64,000 bases of DNA, taken from contig JARDVH010000001.1 of NCBI GenBank assembly GCA_030324005.1, forward strand, positions 143,422,690 to 143,486,689. Reading direction: 5' to 3'. Made by a program: the position numbers and the translations under genes. Shown here piece after piece: positions 24,048-35,959 of the stretch. The notes beneath the pieces were generated by a model that ran no database searches, had not been told where the DNA came from, and saw only the letters and a program-made list of their open reading frames with translations. This stretch comes from Negaprion brevirostris (taxonomy: Eukaryota). Position 1 is the first letter of the stretch. Each line of letters opens with the position of its first letter.

Positions 24048-25338
24048 TACGTGCATAATAATTTTAAATCATTATTCCAACCTGTAACCAATGCAAATTG
24101 AAAACCTTACCCAGTTTAGGTTGAATTTAATGATTTCATAAATGGGAACAGGAAGATAAAAAGCTTGAAAGGGGAAAAGCTGGCATATAATCTGACTATT
24201 GCAGCTTTCTTATTGAATTCAATCATTTTTAAGGCAATAACATAACACAAATGAATGAAAGGGCAGTCAATCCTTATGGAGTCAACACCCACACTCGGCA
24301 ACTAAACCTCGAGCAGTTGTCACCCAAACACAAATCAAAGCCCCTGTCCAACCTGAAAAACTTTCCTTTAAATGTGCACCAAGATATTAGCAGCTTTTTA
24401 AGTAAATTGTTACATACAAATAATGAAGTTAAAACAAAATGCTGGGGTAAGAGAATATTTTGCATTGTAAGTACTTCCCATCATTCTTATTTAATAGCAA
24501 TTAATGGCTGTACACGGGCACACACCTGGCTGCAGAATATAGGTGGCAGAAGTATCTGAAACTTTAAGCAGGGTAATGAGGATGTTGCTAGTAAAAGACA
24601 ATCAGAAACCAAACAAAACTGAAGAAAGCAAACAACCGTACATAAGCACAGCTGCCCGGGGCTCTATCCCATTCATTAGAATTCTAGAACAGCACAACAG
24701 GAATATTATGTGATACAATTGAGACAACCATCACATGGTTCCCTGTTTCACAGAATCGACACTTGTGCTGGGAGCATAATAGGCCCTGGACAACTTGCGC
24801 TGAAGTTGCTAATTGACAAGCTCAGACACGTGCTAGACTCAATGACTTCAGATCTCTCTTCAGAAACTCAAATAAAAATCTACGTGTTTGAAGTAATGTC
24901 ATGATAGCCCCTGGCATTTTTGAAACAGGCTTGGTGACCATCAATTTATTTTGTACAGCAGAGTACACATCAACAATGAAAGCAAATTCCTCTCCTTTCT
25001 AGCCTTTACAAAAATTATACATGGACTATGAAAATAGGCTTACGATGAGAAAGGTGCATCGTTTCAATGTTACTAAATATTATTTCAGAGTCAAATTTCC
25101 AGACAAGTACGGGCTTGCCAATGTGAATTCGCTTTTTTGGCTTCATGGCTTGTCCTTTAGGGGGACAACTCCACATTTATGAAAAATGTTGTTTTCTCAA
25201 ACATATTTCCCACCACTCCTCATTTAAAAGCTATTGATTCGATAACATTTCACAGGCTCCTACTCGATTCACAAGCCTCAGCAGCAAATGTTGTTAAATT
25301 ATTCAACCATGGAGAGAACCATATTCCAGTCCTCACTT

Positions 25339-25340
<2 letters not shown>

Positions 25341-25372
<32 letters not shown>
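25341..25372. repeat. (CA)16 microsatellite
   Basis: Directly visible. Confidence 0.95.
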
Positions 25373-25375
<3 letters not shown>

Positions 25376-25613
25376 TCTGCAGGAGGGGGGACACTGCACA
25401 GCAAACTGGAACAAAAAACTGCTTTACTTTTCCCCTCATTACTCCAGGAGCAGCGAGACCAACTGTAACAGTTTTATTACAATCACAGAAGTGATCAGAT
25501 ATCTCAACACTGCCTAGCAATTGAACCCGGAGCCTCCGTGGTCTTTATGACTCAGTGGTTAAACAAGAGAGATCAGAGAAAGTATGGTTACTTACTCAAG
25601 CCACTGAACTGAC

Positions 25614-25946
25614 CTTTTCTTAGCCAATGGCCTTCCACAGTGCCAATGGTATTGCTTCGAAGAGTTTTGCCTGATGTAGGAATGCTGTAATTAGTATCAG
25701 CCTCTGAGGACGAGCGTGGTACACAATAGGTGTCCACGGGGGAACGGTCATGAGATAGAGAAGGTTTTGGTGGGCGAGGTGGAGGAACATCTGGTATAGG
25801 TTCCAACTTTGAGCAACTTTGACTTAGGGTCCCCTCTCCGGAAGGTCGTGGAATCTGATAAGTACCTCCTGGCGTGGGAGGAATGTCATAACAGACAGAC
25901 ATCTGTCTCATTTGATTTTCTATACCAGATATCCGTGAGGGTGTAT
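25614..25946 (-). CDS. GAB1: GAB1 exon 4 equivalent, visible 3' part (5' part lost in N gap 25947-26530): [110 protein letters not shown]
   Basis: Matches human [15 protein letters not shown]...PPPRPPKP (Grb2 SH3 site)...RSNTI...LRK; AAG|gtcagt donor in phase 1. Confidence 0.97.
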
Positions 25947-26879
25947 NNNNNNNNNNNNNNNNNNNNNNNNNNNNNNNNNNNNNNNNNNNNNNNNNNNNNN
26001 NNNNNNNNNNNNNNNNNNNNNNNNNNNNNNNNNNNNNNNNNNNNNNNNNNNNNNNNNNNNNNNNNNNNNNNNNNNNNNNNNNNNNNNNNNNNNNNNNNNN
26101 NNNNNNNNNNNNNNNNNNNNNNNNNNNNNNNNNNNNNNNNNNNNNNNNNNNNNNNNNNNNNNNNNNNNNNNNNNNNNNNNNNNNNNNNNNNNNNNNNNNN
26201 NNNNNNNNNNNNNNNNNNNNNNNNNNNNNNNNNNNNNNNNNNNNNNNNNNNNNNNNNNNNNNNNNNNNNNNNNNNNNNNNNNNNNNNNNNNNNNNNNNNN
26301 NNNNNNNNNNNNNNNNNNNNNNNNNNNNNNNNNNNNNNNNNNNNNNNNNNNNNNNNNNNNNNNNNNNNNNNNNNNNNNNNNNNNNNNNNNNNNNNNNNNN
26401 NNNNNNNNNNNNNNNNNNNNNNNNNNNNNNNNNNNNNNNNNNNNNNNNNNNNNNNNNNNNNNNNNNNNNNNNNNNNNNNNNNNNNNNNNNNNNNNNNNNN
26501 NNNNNNNNNNNNNNNNNNNNNNNNNNNNNTTAAATAAATCACTTGAATCAGCAGTCAAGAGAAAGTAAATCCACTGGAATGCAAACATGCAGACAAGAAA
26601 TTTTACATTTCAACTACAGATCAAATTACATAGCTTTATTTAACACACAATTTTCACCCCCATGGAAGCCTATTGAGACTCTGCCCTCTGTAAACCTTCT
26701 TATCCAAATCTCCGCATATCTTACATGGCATCAAGTCCCACTCACCCATTTCCTTGGTCTTCACCAATTATATTGAATTCTACTTCCCCATGCCACAAAT
26801 TTAAAATTCTCGTCCAAGTTATTAAAAAAACACATTACCTATACAGATTACACACTTCTCAATAAACGTGAATAAAACT

Positions 26880-27030
26880 TTAACAATGCTAGTATCTGAA
26901 CAACTTCAATATATGACTGAGAGCGCTGTTGGAGAGGTTTTGTGTTACAGTGGGTACCGTTCCTGCCTCTGAACCAGAAGCTTTCAATTCAAGTCCAACT
27001 CCAAGACTTGATGGCCGAGCTGTGTCCCTT
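26880..27030 (-). mobile_element. Decayed DeuSINE-like SINE 5' half
   Basis: tcaagtccaactccaagacttga and gcctctgaaccagaag segments resemble the SINE head at 20590-20700; orientation and boundaries are uncertain. Confidence 0.3.
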
Positions 27031-27567
27031 ATACATCTAAACAGGTTGAGTATCCAGTTGTACATCTTTCCCAACAACGCAAAGGATCGATAGTNNNNNN
27101 NNNNNNNNNNNNNNNNNNNNNNNNNNNNNNNNNNNNNNNNNNNNNNNNNNNNNNNNNNNNNNNNNNNNNNNNNNNNNNNNNNNNNNNNNNNNNNTGATAG
27201 ATAGTAAAAATGGGAGATATTTCTGGTCAGCCAAGTGATGGAAAGAAAACTGAAGCCTCTACCATCACTATTCATGGCTCTGGTCAAAACTTGCATGTCA
27301 AGTGCATAGGGCTGGTTTGCTCATGGCCTGTGTACATCATATTGGTGCAAACAGCTTGGGATTTGATCCATGTTCCAGCTAGGATGGATTTGAGACCTGC
27401 CTCTTTGTCCTATCTGTGGTGGAGGTTGCCTTTGAACAGAAAGAAAAAGAGCTGCTTCAGGACACAGTGAAACAGAATAAAGTGAAGACCAATACTGGAA
27501 ATTCTACTGGTGCAATCAACTGCACCTCCACCATATTCAGATTCCATACATTTCTATACAATTTGGC

Positions 27568-28350
27568 CATATGAACATATAAAATTGGAGAAGTAGACCA
27601 TTCGGTCTCTCAAGCCTACACTGCCATTTGATAAAATCAAGGCTGAGCTGTTTGTGTTTCTAGTCCCACATTTCCATCTACCTCAGATAACCTTTGATTT
27701 TCTTGTCCAACAAGAATCTAACTACCTCTGCCTTAAAAAAAGTTAATGACCACAAATTCTGAGGCAGAGGGTTCCTAAATCACACAAACCTCAGAAAAAC
27801 ATATCTTCATCTCTACCCTAACCAGGCCAACTCCTATTTTTAAAATATTGCCTCCCAGTTCTGGACTTACCTACAAGCAGAAACATCCTTTTCCATGTCC
27901 ACCTGGTCAATAACGTTCAGGATACTGCAATCAGATCCCCCTCACTCTTCTAGACTCCAGTGGACACAAATCAGTCTGTCTAGCCTTTCCTCATAAGGCA
28001 ACCTGCTCACTCCAGGTATCAATCTAGTGAACCTCTGTTCAAGTACCTCCAATGCATTTACATTTTCCCTTTAATAAGGAGACCAAAACTGAACACAATA
28101 TTCGAGATCCAATCTCACCAATACTCTATAACTGAAGCAACATCCTTACTTTCATGTTCAATTCTTCTTGTAATAAAAGACAGTCTTAATAATTACTTGC
28201 AGTTCTTGGATACAAATTTTTTGTGACTCATGCACTGGAACACCATGAATCCTCTACAGCCATTTCCATCTAGGTTTTCTTATTCTTCCTGCTAAAGTGA
28301 GCAACTTCACATTTATGCATCATCTGTCAGGTTTTTGTCCATTTGATAAG
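27568..28350 (-). mobile_element. Decayed CR1 LINE 3' end
   Basis: catatgaacatat tail and tccccctcactcttcta...ccaggtatcaatctagtgaacct...aaggagaccaaaactgaacacaatattc are the reverse complement of the CR1 RT C-terminus seen at 23500-23700. Confidence 0.8.
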
Positions 28351-29634
28351 ATNNNNNNNNNNNNNNNNNNNNNNNNNNNNNNNNNNNNNNNNNNNNNNNN
28401 NNNNNNNNNNNNNNNNNNNNNNNNNNNNNNNNNNNNNNNNNNNNNNNNNNNNNNNNNNNNNNNNNNNNNNNNNNNNNNNNNNNNNNNNNNNNNNNNNNNN
28501 NNNNNNNNNNNNNNNNNNNNNNNNNNNNNNNNNNNNNNNNNNNNNNNNNNNNNNNNNNNNNNNNNNNNNNNNNNNNNNNNNNNNNNNNNNNNNNNNNNNN
28601 NNNNNNNNNNNNNNNNNNNNNNNNNNNNNNNNNNNNNNNNNNNNNNNNNNNNNNNNNNNNNNNNNNNNNNNNNNNNNNNNNNNNNNNNNNNNNNNNNNNN
28701 NNNNNNNNNNNNNNNATTGGGAAATGCGGCAACAATTTAAAGGATGGAAACTAGAGTCTAGTCATGTTTTAATAATGGAGATTGTGCAATTGTGACAGTT
28801 TAATTATAATTCTAGGAGCAAAGTAACTCTTTATAGTTTCCAAACACAATGAAGTTCCAAAAAAGTTTTTGATCACCGATAAATTTGGTTTTACAGCTGG
28901 GCTATAGACAGAAGCATCACTGCTAATGTCATTTTAGGCTTTGATACATGGAGGACATCTGCTCCTTAAATTGTCTTTGAAGGAATATGACAGATATACT
29001 AAATCTAAATCCAACCTGGATAATCCTTTCAAAAAGTACTATTGCCAGCGTGCAATTCTCTCTCTTTTTCGCACATTAATTCTCATGCTTTTGTCTTTAT
29101 TAAGTATGTCTCTTAGAAATAAATTAGAGAATCTTATCCCATTATGAAAATCATGTACATTATTCATGTCGAATTAAATGAATAGCGAGTCTTTCGCAAG
29201 GCAGTTTAATGAGTTCAACTGGTCCTTTAAGTGTTCTTTGTTGGACACATTCATGGTCAAAGATATGGTGCACCAAAGAATTAAGGACACAGTTGAAGTT
29301 ATTTGCTTGATTGGATTTTCTGACAGGGAGCGTGGGGAAAAGATAAAAGAACAAAAATTGTATTTCTACAATTCGCCATGACATTACGAGAGAACATGTC
29401 AGACTGCACAGCAGCATTTTCATGGAAAAACAAAAGAGAAATGGAAAATCACACAGAGGACCAGTCAGAGTCTGTCGAGATAACAGACCCTCCTTCACCT
29501 GAAGCACTAAATTTAATCCATTCTCCCCAAAGCTGACGGGGCTGCAGTGTCTTCCCAGCCTTTTCTGTTTTTGATTCAGCATCTGCACCATTTTATTTTT
29601 ACTGACATTCTCAAGGAGTTTGATCCAAACAAAC

Positions 29635-30280
29635 AGAATCATAGAATTGTTATGACACAGAAGGAGGCCATTTGTCCCATCATGTCTGCACTGCCACTCA
29701 TGTGGCTCTCCGGCTGAGCAACTCACCTAGTTCCATTCCTCTACCTTCTCCCTGTGAACATTCACCCTTTTTGGATAGCAGTCTAATTCCCTTTTGAATG
29801 TTTGAATTAAACCTGCCTCCACCGTGCTCTCAGGTAGTGCATTCCAGGCCTGCTTATCTCAGCTTTATCTCAGATCATTTTTGCTTCCTTTAAGAATTAT
29901 TTTAAATCACAGAAATCCTACCATGCAGGAGGAGGCCACTTGGCCTGTCAGGTCAGCACTGACAACAGTCCCACCTAGATCCTATCCCCATAACCCACCA
30001 TATTTACCCTGCTAGTCTCTCTAACCTACGCATCCCAGGAGACTAAGGGGCAATTTAGCATGGCCAATGCATCTTACCAGCACATCTTTCAGACTGTGGG
30101 AAGAAACCCACACAGACACGGGGAGAACATGCAAAGTCCACACAGACTGTGACCCAAGGAATCGAACCCAGGCCCCTGGAGCTGTGAGGCAGCAGTGCTA
30201 ACTACTGTACCAATGTGCCGCCCATAAATCCGTGTCTTCTCATTCCTGATCCTTTCACAAAAGGGAACAATTTCTCCATC
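29635..30280 (-). mobile_element. CR1 3' tail fragment interrupted by a SINE
   Basis: agaatcatagaa...acagaaggaggccatt tail; agtgcattccagg; resumes after 30224. Confidence 0.7.
29909..30223 (-). mobile_element. HE1-like V-SINE, full length, nested in CR1
   Basis: Head gggcggcacattggtacagtagttagcactgctgcctcacagc, B box gggttcgattcc, flanked by a taaatc direct repeat (29903-29908 / 30225-30230). Confidence 0.9.
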
Positions 30281-30284
30281 AGAG

Positions 30285-30605
30285 TGTGGCTGGTACAGAG
30301 TGTAATTACTGCGGGTTTGGACACTGGTTTAAAGGTGTTTAACAAAAGAACCAAAGGTGGTATGAGGAAAAACATTTTCATGTAACACATGGTTGGGATA
30401 ATATGAAATGCACTAGCTAAGAGTGTGGCATGGGCAGAGTCAATTGTGGCTTTCAAATGGGAATTAGATTATGATCTGAAAAACTGTCCAGGGTTATTGG
30501 GAAAGGGCAGAGAAAGATGACTAGCTGAGTTGCTCTTGCAGTGTGCTGGCACAAACACAACAGCCTTATTAGCTTCCTTTTGTGCTATAGCCATTCTATG
30601 ATTCT
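30285..30605 (+). mobile_element. CR1 3' end fragment
   Basis: gaggaaaaacatttt...aatgcact...gagttgctcttgca...ccattctatgattct tail; same family as 60235-60735. Confidence 0.75.
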
Positions 30606-31114
30606 GTAATATGCAAATATAACTCAACTTCTGGTAACTGCAATAACAACCTGTAATGGCAATGAGCAGGCAAGTCCATAAAAAAGTGACAAATATTGGT
30701 CCATTTCTTTTAAAAAGTTTTGGGTTTCCATGAGTAATTTGTATCTCAATTCATCCACACACTAACATCTTGCTCATTCATTATTTTTACACGTTGAGTG
30801 ATTCAGTGATCATCTCTCATTGAAACAAAATATCTCATACAACTAGATTTATCATATTTTTCCATAGTTCAAATAATTAAGTATGTGATCTTAAAAAAAA
30901 AAAGCCCCAAATCAAAAGTAACCTAGATGGGAAGCCTTATGCTATTTATCTTCAGGCAGTTTTTTAGTTACCTTGAAAATTTTGAAATACAACGTCTGCA
31001 AAGGTGTACAGATTTGTTTGTTGCTTTTGTAAAGTTGACTGCTGCAATGTTAAACATTGGTATGACCCTGCGGATTCAAAAGGGTCCTTTAAGAGACTTT
31101 TGGATATGTACATG

Positions 31115-31225
31115 GGACTTAGTAAGATAGAGGGTTATAGGTAAACCTAGTAGGCAGGGACACGTTTGATGCAACTTGTGGGCCGAAGGGCCTGTTTGTG
31201 CTGCAGTTTTTCTATGTTCTATGAC
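31115..31225 (+). mobile_element. CR1 3' tail fragment
   Basis: caacttgtgggccgaagggcctgtttgtgctgcagtttttctatgttctatg is a canonical CR1 terminal hairpin plus microsatellite. Confidence 0.75.
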
Positions 31226-32699
31226 ATGCATATCACTAATGCCAACTCCAAAAACTGGATTTATGGATCCACAAGCATTAGCAATCTTCACATTGGAGCC
31301 TAGGCAGTGACTGTTGGACACCCACTCGTAACCTGGTCCATAGTTACGAGTGGTTCACCGTTTCCACGTTGAAAATTCCATTCTTGCTCTCTCCGGCCAA
31401 TTAACAAGCTCATCAAGAGCTTAACAGGCTGTTAATTAGAGGCAAACTGGTTCCCACCTCCCTTCCACTCCCCCACCTCACCTTCGCTCTAAAAATTGGA
31501 GTGCATCAAGCAGGCATTACTAAACAGGAATGCCTTCCAGGGTTGCCATTTTCAAATTGTTCTCCACCCTGCCAGCAACTGAAAATACAGCTTGTGAACT
31601 GTTACAAGGATCAGCAATATCCAAGGTGTTGTTGTTCCAAGGTGGTGAGATAATTGGCTTCCTTCAATCATTACCCCACATCCACCTAGACTACCATCAA
31701 GTAAGCAGTAAATTAGGATACCTTGTTCAATTTCCAACTTCTTAACTAATTCTCCTCCTTTTGTTTGACTTCTGGGATTCTGTAAAGTCTTACTTTTATT
31801 GTCAGTTCAGCTGGTGCCACTAGGACACATCGCATTGTCCTTGTCCTCCTGGGCTGAGATGGAAATGCATCAAAGTCTAGTCCACATCCTGTGCCTGTCC
31901 ATACTGATCTTCAGTCAGTTCACCAGAGAGGTAAACCCTTCTTTGTATTCTCTGTATCTTGGTGTCAGGTTCCCTGGTAGTTTCTCCACCACTGATGGGC
32001 CCCTCTCTCTCTCTCTCTCAGTAGCTTAAAGATGTTTGTGTGGTAGATTTGTTCAGGATGCCTTCTCTGAAAGCATCTGATCTTTATAGTACACCATCTA
32101 TAGCATCATAAGGTTCTTGCCACAAAGCAAAGACCTTGCTTTCCTGTTACTACACAGGAATAACTAACTTGATCCACTCCCTCACTTTCATTATGCGTTC
32201 AACAATATTTTTGGAGAGTTTCTCTTTAGCACTGTCAAGGAATCTGCATGACTCTTGTCCACAGAACAGGTCACCAGGGAATACTTCATTAAAGACTTAA
32301 GCACCCCACTAATGGCAAGCATAGTATAAGGCACTGGGTTAACCCAATTTTCCAAGTTCTTTTTGACTACCATTCCTTTGACATATACTTGAGGGTTTCA
32401 CTGAACTTTCCACAGGGCTATTGTTCTGAGGACCAGCATGGAGGTCCTTAGCTCTTAATACAGAATGAGGTACAAAAGTCTTTCAGCAGTTTGGACACAA
32501 AGGGACTAGCTTGTTAAGATTTTCTTTGGGTTCCTTATCTATAGAACACCTACAATTCACCCAATAAGGTTTTAGAGGTTGTGTTCCTTAGTGGAATTGC
32601 CTTAGGACGTAGTCAATGTCTAACAAAATATATTGATGTCCTCGAGATCACTAGAAAGGTCAGCACACTTGGTCCATAATGATTGTTTCAAAGAGCAAC

Positions 32700-33810
32700 T
32701 TAATTGTTGACTTTGACGGAGTTGACTATACCATCTTACTCCAATGCAAGTTCACTATCGTCCAGCTGAGGGGGACCACACTCATTGGTCTCAACTCTTA
32801 ACTACCTAACTGTAGCCAGAGTGTAATCTGCAATGGTTTTTCTCTTTGCTCTGTTACACCCGTTATGCTCCAAAGATGTATACTTGGACCCCTTCTACCT
32901 CGCATCTATACACTGCCCCTGGCAATATCATGGAGAAAAACAACATTAGTTTTCACAGGTATGTTGATGACAACCAGCTCTACCTCACCACCACCTCTCT
33001 TGTCTTCTCCACTGTTGTTAAATTACAGACTGCTTATCCACCTTCCAGGACTGGATCAGCAGAAAATTCCTCCAATTAAGTATTGGGAAGATTGTAACTA
33101 TTCGGTGGCAACTTCATTCCCGAGCTACCAATTCCATCCCACTCTCTGGCAACTGTTTGAGACTGATTAGTCTGTTCACAACCCGTTTGACCTTGAGATG
33201 ACCTACTGATCACAATCCCCTCTAGTATAATAGCCTGTATCTCAGTATTCTCCTCAACAACATTGTCTTTTTCCTGTGTGAATACTGATGAAAAATATTC
33301 ATTTAGTGCCTCTCCTATCTCTTCAGACTCCACACACAACTTCCCACTACTGTCCTTGACTGGCCCTAATCTTACCCTAGTCATTCTTTTATTCCTGACA
33401 TACCTATAGAANNNNNNNNNNNNNNNNNNNNNNNNNNNNNNNNNNNNNNNNNNNNNNNNNNNNNNNNNNNNNNNNNNNNNNNNNNNNNNNNNNNNNNNNN
33501 NNNNNNNNNNNNNNNNNNNNNNNNNNNNNNNNNNNNNNNNNNNNNTTCTAGGATCTTGAGTATTCCCCATTTTAATTCCTCCATGAATGATTGCTGTGCC
33601 TTTAGCTTCCCAAGCCCTAAACTCCAGAATTTCCGCCCTAAACCTCGCTATTTCTCCTTTTTCTTATGAGACGCTCCTTAGAATCTACCCCTTTGCCCAG
33701 GCTATTGGCCATCTGCCCTCATGTCACCTTATATGGCTGAGTGTCAGATTTTATTTCACTTCTGTAAAGCGCATTGGAATCATTTCATTGTTAGACGTAC
33801 TGTATAAAAA
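32700..33810 (+). mobile_element. Decayed L2 LINE (RT core and 3' end), interrupted by a CR1 fragment and an N gap
   Basis: ILGPLLPRIYTLPL / NIMEKNNISFHRYVDDNQLYL (YADD region); 3' end tgtaaagcgcattgg...tgtataaaaaacaagttatt. Confidence 0.8.
33210..33411 (-). mobile_element. Young-looking internal CR1 ORF2 fragment
   Basis: Open frame FYRYVRNKRMTRVRLGPVKDSSGKLCVESEEIGEALNEYFSSVFTQE; abuts an N gap. Confidence 0.88.
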
Positions 33811-33819
33811 ACAAGTTAT

Positions 33820-33935
33820 TAGGTTAGATGCAATGACCCAACTGGGCGCCGGAGTGTGGTGACTTGGGGAATTTCACAGTAGCTTCATTGCAGTGTTAGT
33901 GTAAGCCTTACTTGTGACTAATAAATGAACTTAAT
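33820..33935 (+). mobile_element. 3' fragment of the alternative-tail V-SINE
   Basis: ggcgccggagtgtggtgacttggggaatttcacagtagcttcattgcagtgttagtgtaagccttacttgtgactaataaatgaactt matches the tail of 8548-8833. Confidence 0.8.
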
Positions 33936-34822
33936 TATTGTTATTATTGAGTAAGGAACCAATACAGGGCCTAGATCCACATTTCAGTTCTTCAACACCT
34001 AACTTATTTCAGTATCTACCTCTTTTCAGCCCTCCCCTTTTATGCATGACTGGCTTTCCAATCCAAGTACAATTATTTTTGAAGACTAGGCTCTTAAAGA
34101 GATTGTACTCTTCTTCTGGGAATATCATCATCATCAACTTTCAGCCTCAATCAATTGGCTTCAATGTTCAATTGAATATAGTACACAGACACTGGATATT
34201 TCATATACATGTAATATAGATACATACATTATATGCATATATTTAGAATGTACTCTGATTAAGTGAACCATTTAAAAAAGGTATAGCTGACATTTTTTCC
34301 ATCTAACATAACATTCAAAGGTAATTCACTAATGCCTCATCTTGGAGCATTCCTTTAATTGCACTAGAGTATTTAGATAGGTTTAAATATCATTGGATTC
34401 AGCTTTATTCAATATGTTTACCACCAACTTATGAAAGTTAGAATCAATTCATGTAGCGATCCATTTCAACAAATTAGATTAGTGGATCATATAAAACATT
34501 TCTTCAAGGGTCTACGTTGGTTAATAATTGATTGACAAGTAAGTGCCATGCAACCTTTACCATCCTGGACTCAGGATTCACCAAGCACGAGTTCCACGCC
34601 ATGCCATTTCCCAGAAACTCTGACGTAATTTCACAAAAGCCACTGTAAAGAGTTAGTAGGAAGCAGATATATCAAGGTTAGAATTTCAAGCAGTGGCAAG
34701 AGTGTAGTTTGCAGAGTGGAAAGCCAAACCATTTCTGGCACACAGATCAAGTCTGAAATGCTGAGAACTGCATACGGGTCCACGTTTTCACTATAGACCC
34801 ATTTGCAATTCATTAAACTCAC

Positions 34823-34909
34823 TGATTGTGAATCGGATGCTTTTTGCTTTCAAAATCTTCCAGCAGAAGATACTCGTCCCCCTCTTCTGTGGTAAATGAT
34901 GATGCTCGG
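34823..34909 (-). CDS. GAB1: GAB1 87-nt symmetric cassette exon between exons 3 and 4 (phase 2-2): (S)RASSFTTEEGDEYLLLEDFESKKHPIHN(Q/H); probable striated-muscle-specific exon
   Basis: tccatttcctctgtgaaatag acceptor, TCA|gtgagt donor, 87 nt (multiple of 3). Open in the frame set by the phase-2 donor of exon 3. Peptide resembles the mammalian muscle exon as I recall it (EEGEEYLLLEDFESK). Confidence 0.88.
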
Positions 34910-35959
34910 CTATTTCACAGAGGAAATGGAAGATGACAACATAAAAATGGCTTGGCTAAATCTAATTTCAGTGCAGAATGTAATAAAGATCTTAAACAAA
35001 AAGAAGCAGACATTAAGTGCCATCTTCCTCTGAAATGCAGCTGATGACAAAGCAGCCAATTACAGAAATGTAATGAATTTTGCGCATATCCTGTCAAATT
35101 AGAATTGGTAAAAAAACACAAACAGAATGAAATATATAAAATTTGACCAAGGCACAGGCAAGTAAGTGAATAAACTTGAAACATTAAACAAACAGCTAAT
35201 TTCCAACGTACTTAAGTAACTCAAATATTTGTTTTGCAACATCAGATTACTTTATTATTGTTCCTTTAGGGCCAGTGCCATAGATAAAACTAAGCTATAA
35301 AAATATCTCAAGAATGAAAAAATACACAATTACTGGAAGCCAATTTATTTTAGTCATTTGGTAGTACGTTACTTAAGTATTGCTGAAAAGAAATACTATT
35401 CATCTCATCAGGACAGTGAAAGAACAATTCACACTACATGAGAAGAGCACTGATTCATTGGCAAGTAGACTCTGAGCATTCTTTACATAAAAAAGGAGAA
35501 TATTATGATACTGATTGTGTATTCTCATTGTTCTACACTTTTCACAGGATATGTACTAGAAGAAGTGCACAGTTACTAGATAATTTTATACACTCATGAC
35601 CATTGTGAACAAATGAGCTGGATCAATATTATTTATTGGGTCTACAGTTTTAGAACAGTCATGTTACAATGAGGAATACAAATTTTTGGCAAAGGCTACA
35701 ATGTAAATACATAGAAATCTATATGTATGTCAACATACGTGAATATATCTAGACATTTGATTGCCACTCTTGAAGTCCATTGGATTGTCTATGTAGTTTC
35801 AGGAATAGTTCATTCAATATTTTTGTTTCCCCCTGCCACCACCAACCAAATGCAAATTTTGCCACTCCAGGTGACTGCCTTGTTTGCTTAGTGGTTGCAT
35901 CAGTCTGATGATATAATGGATGTTTGCAATCACATACGTTTTATTCACATATTCACTTA

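Noticed and set aside
25299-25520. ORFs with CVCVCV/THTHTH runs
   Set aside because: Translation of the (CA)n microsatellite.
25809-28795. Long ORFs of 135-242 aa
   Set aside because: They are open only because they run through N gaps.
34643-34658. TACTAAC-tctttacag as a branch point plus acceptor of another exon
   Set aside because: The branch A would be only about 10 nt from the AG, which is too close, and I see no convincing downstream exon; a QKI site is the better reading.
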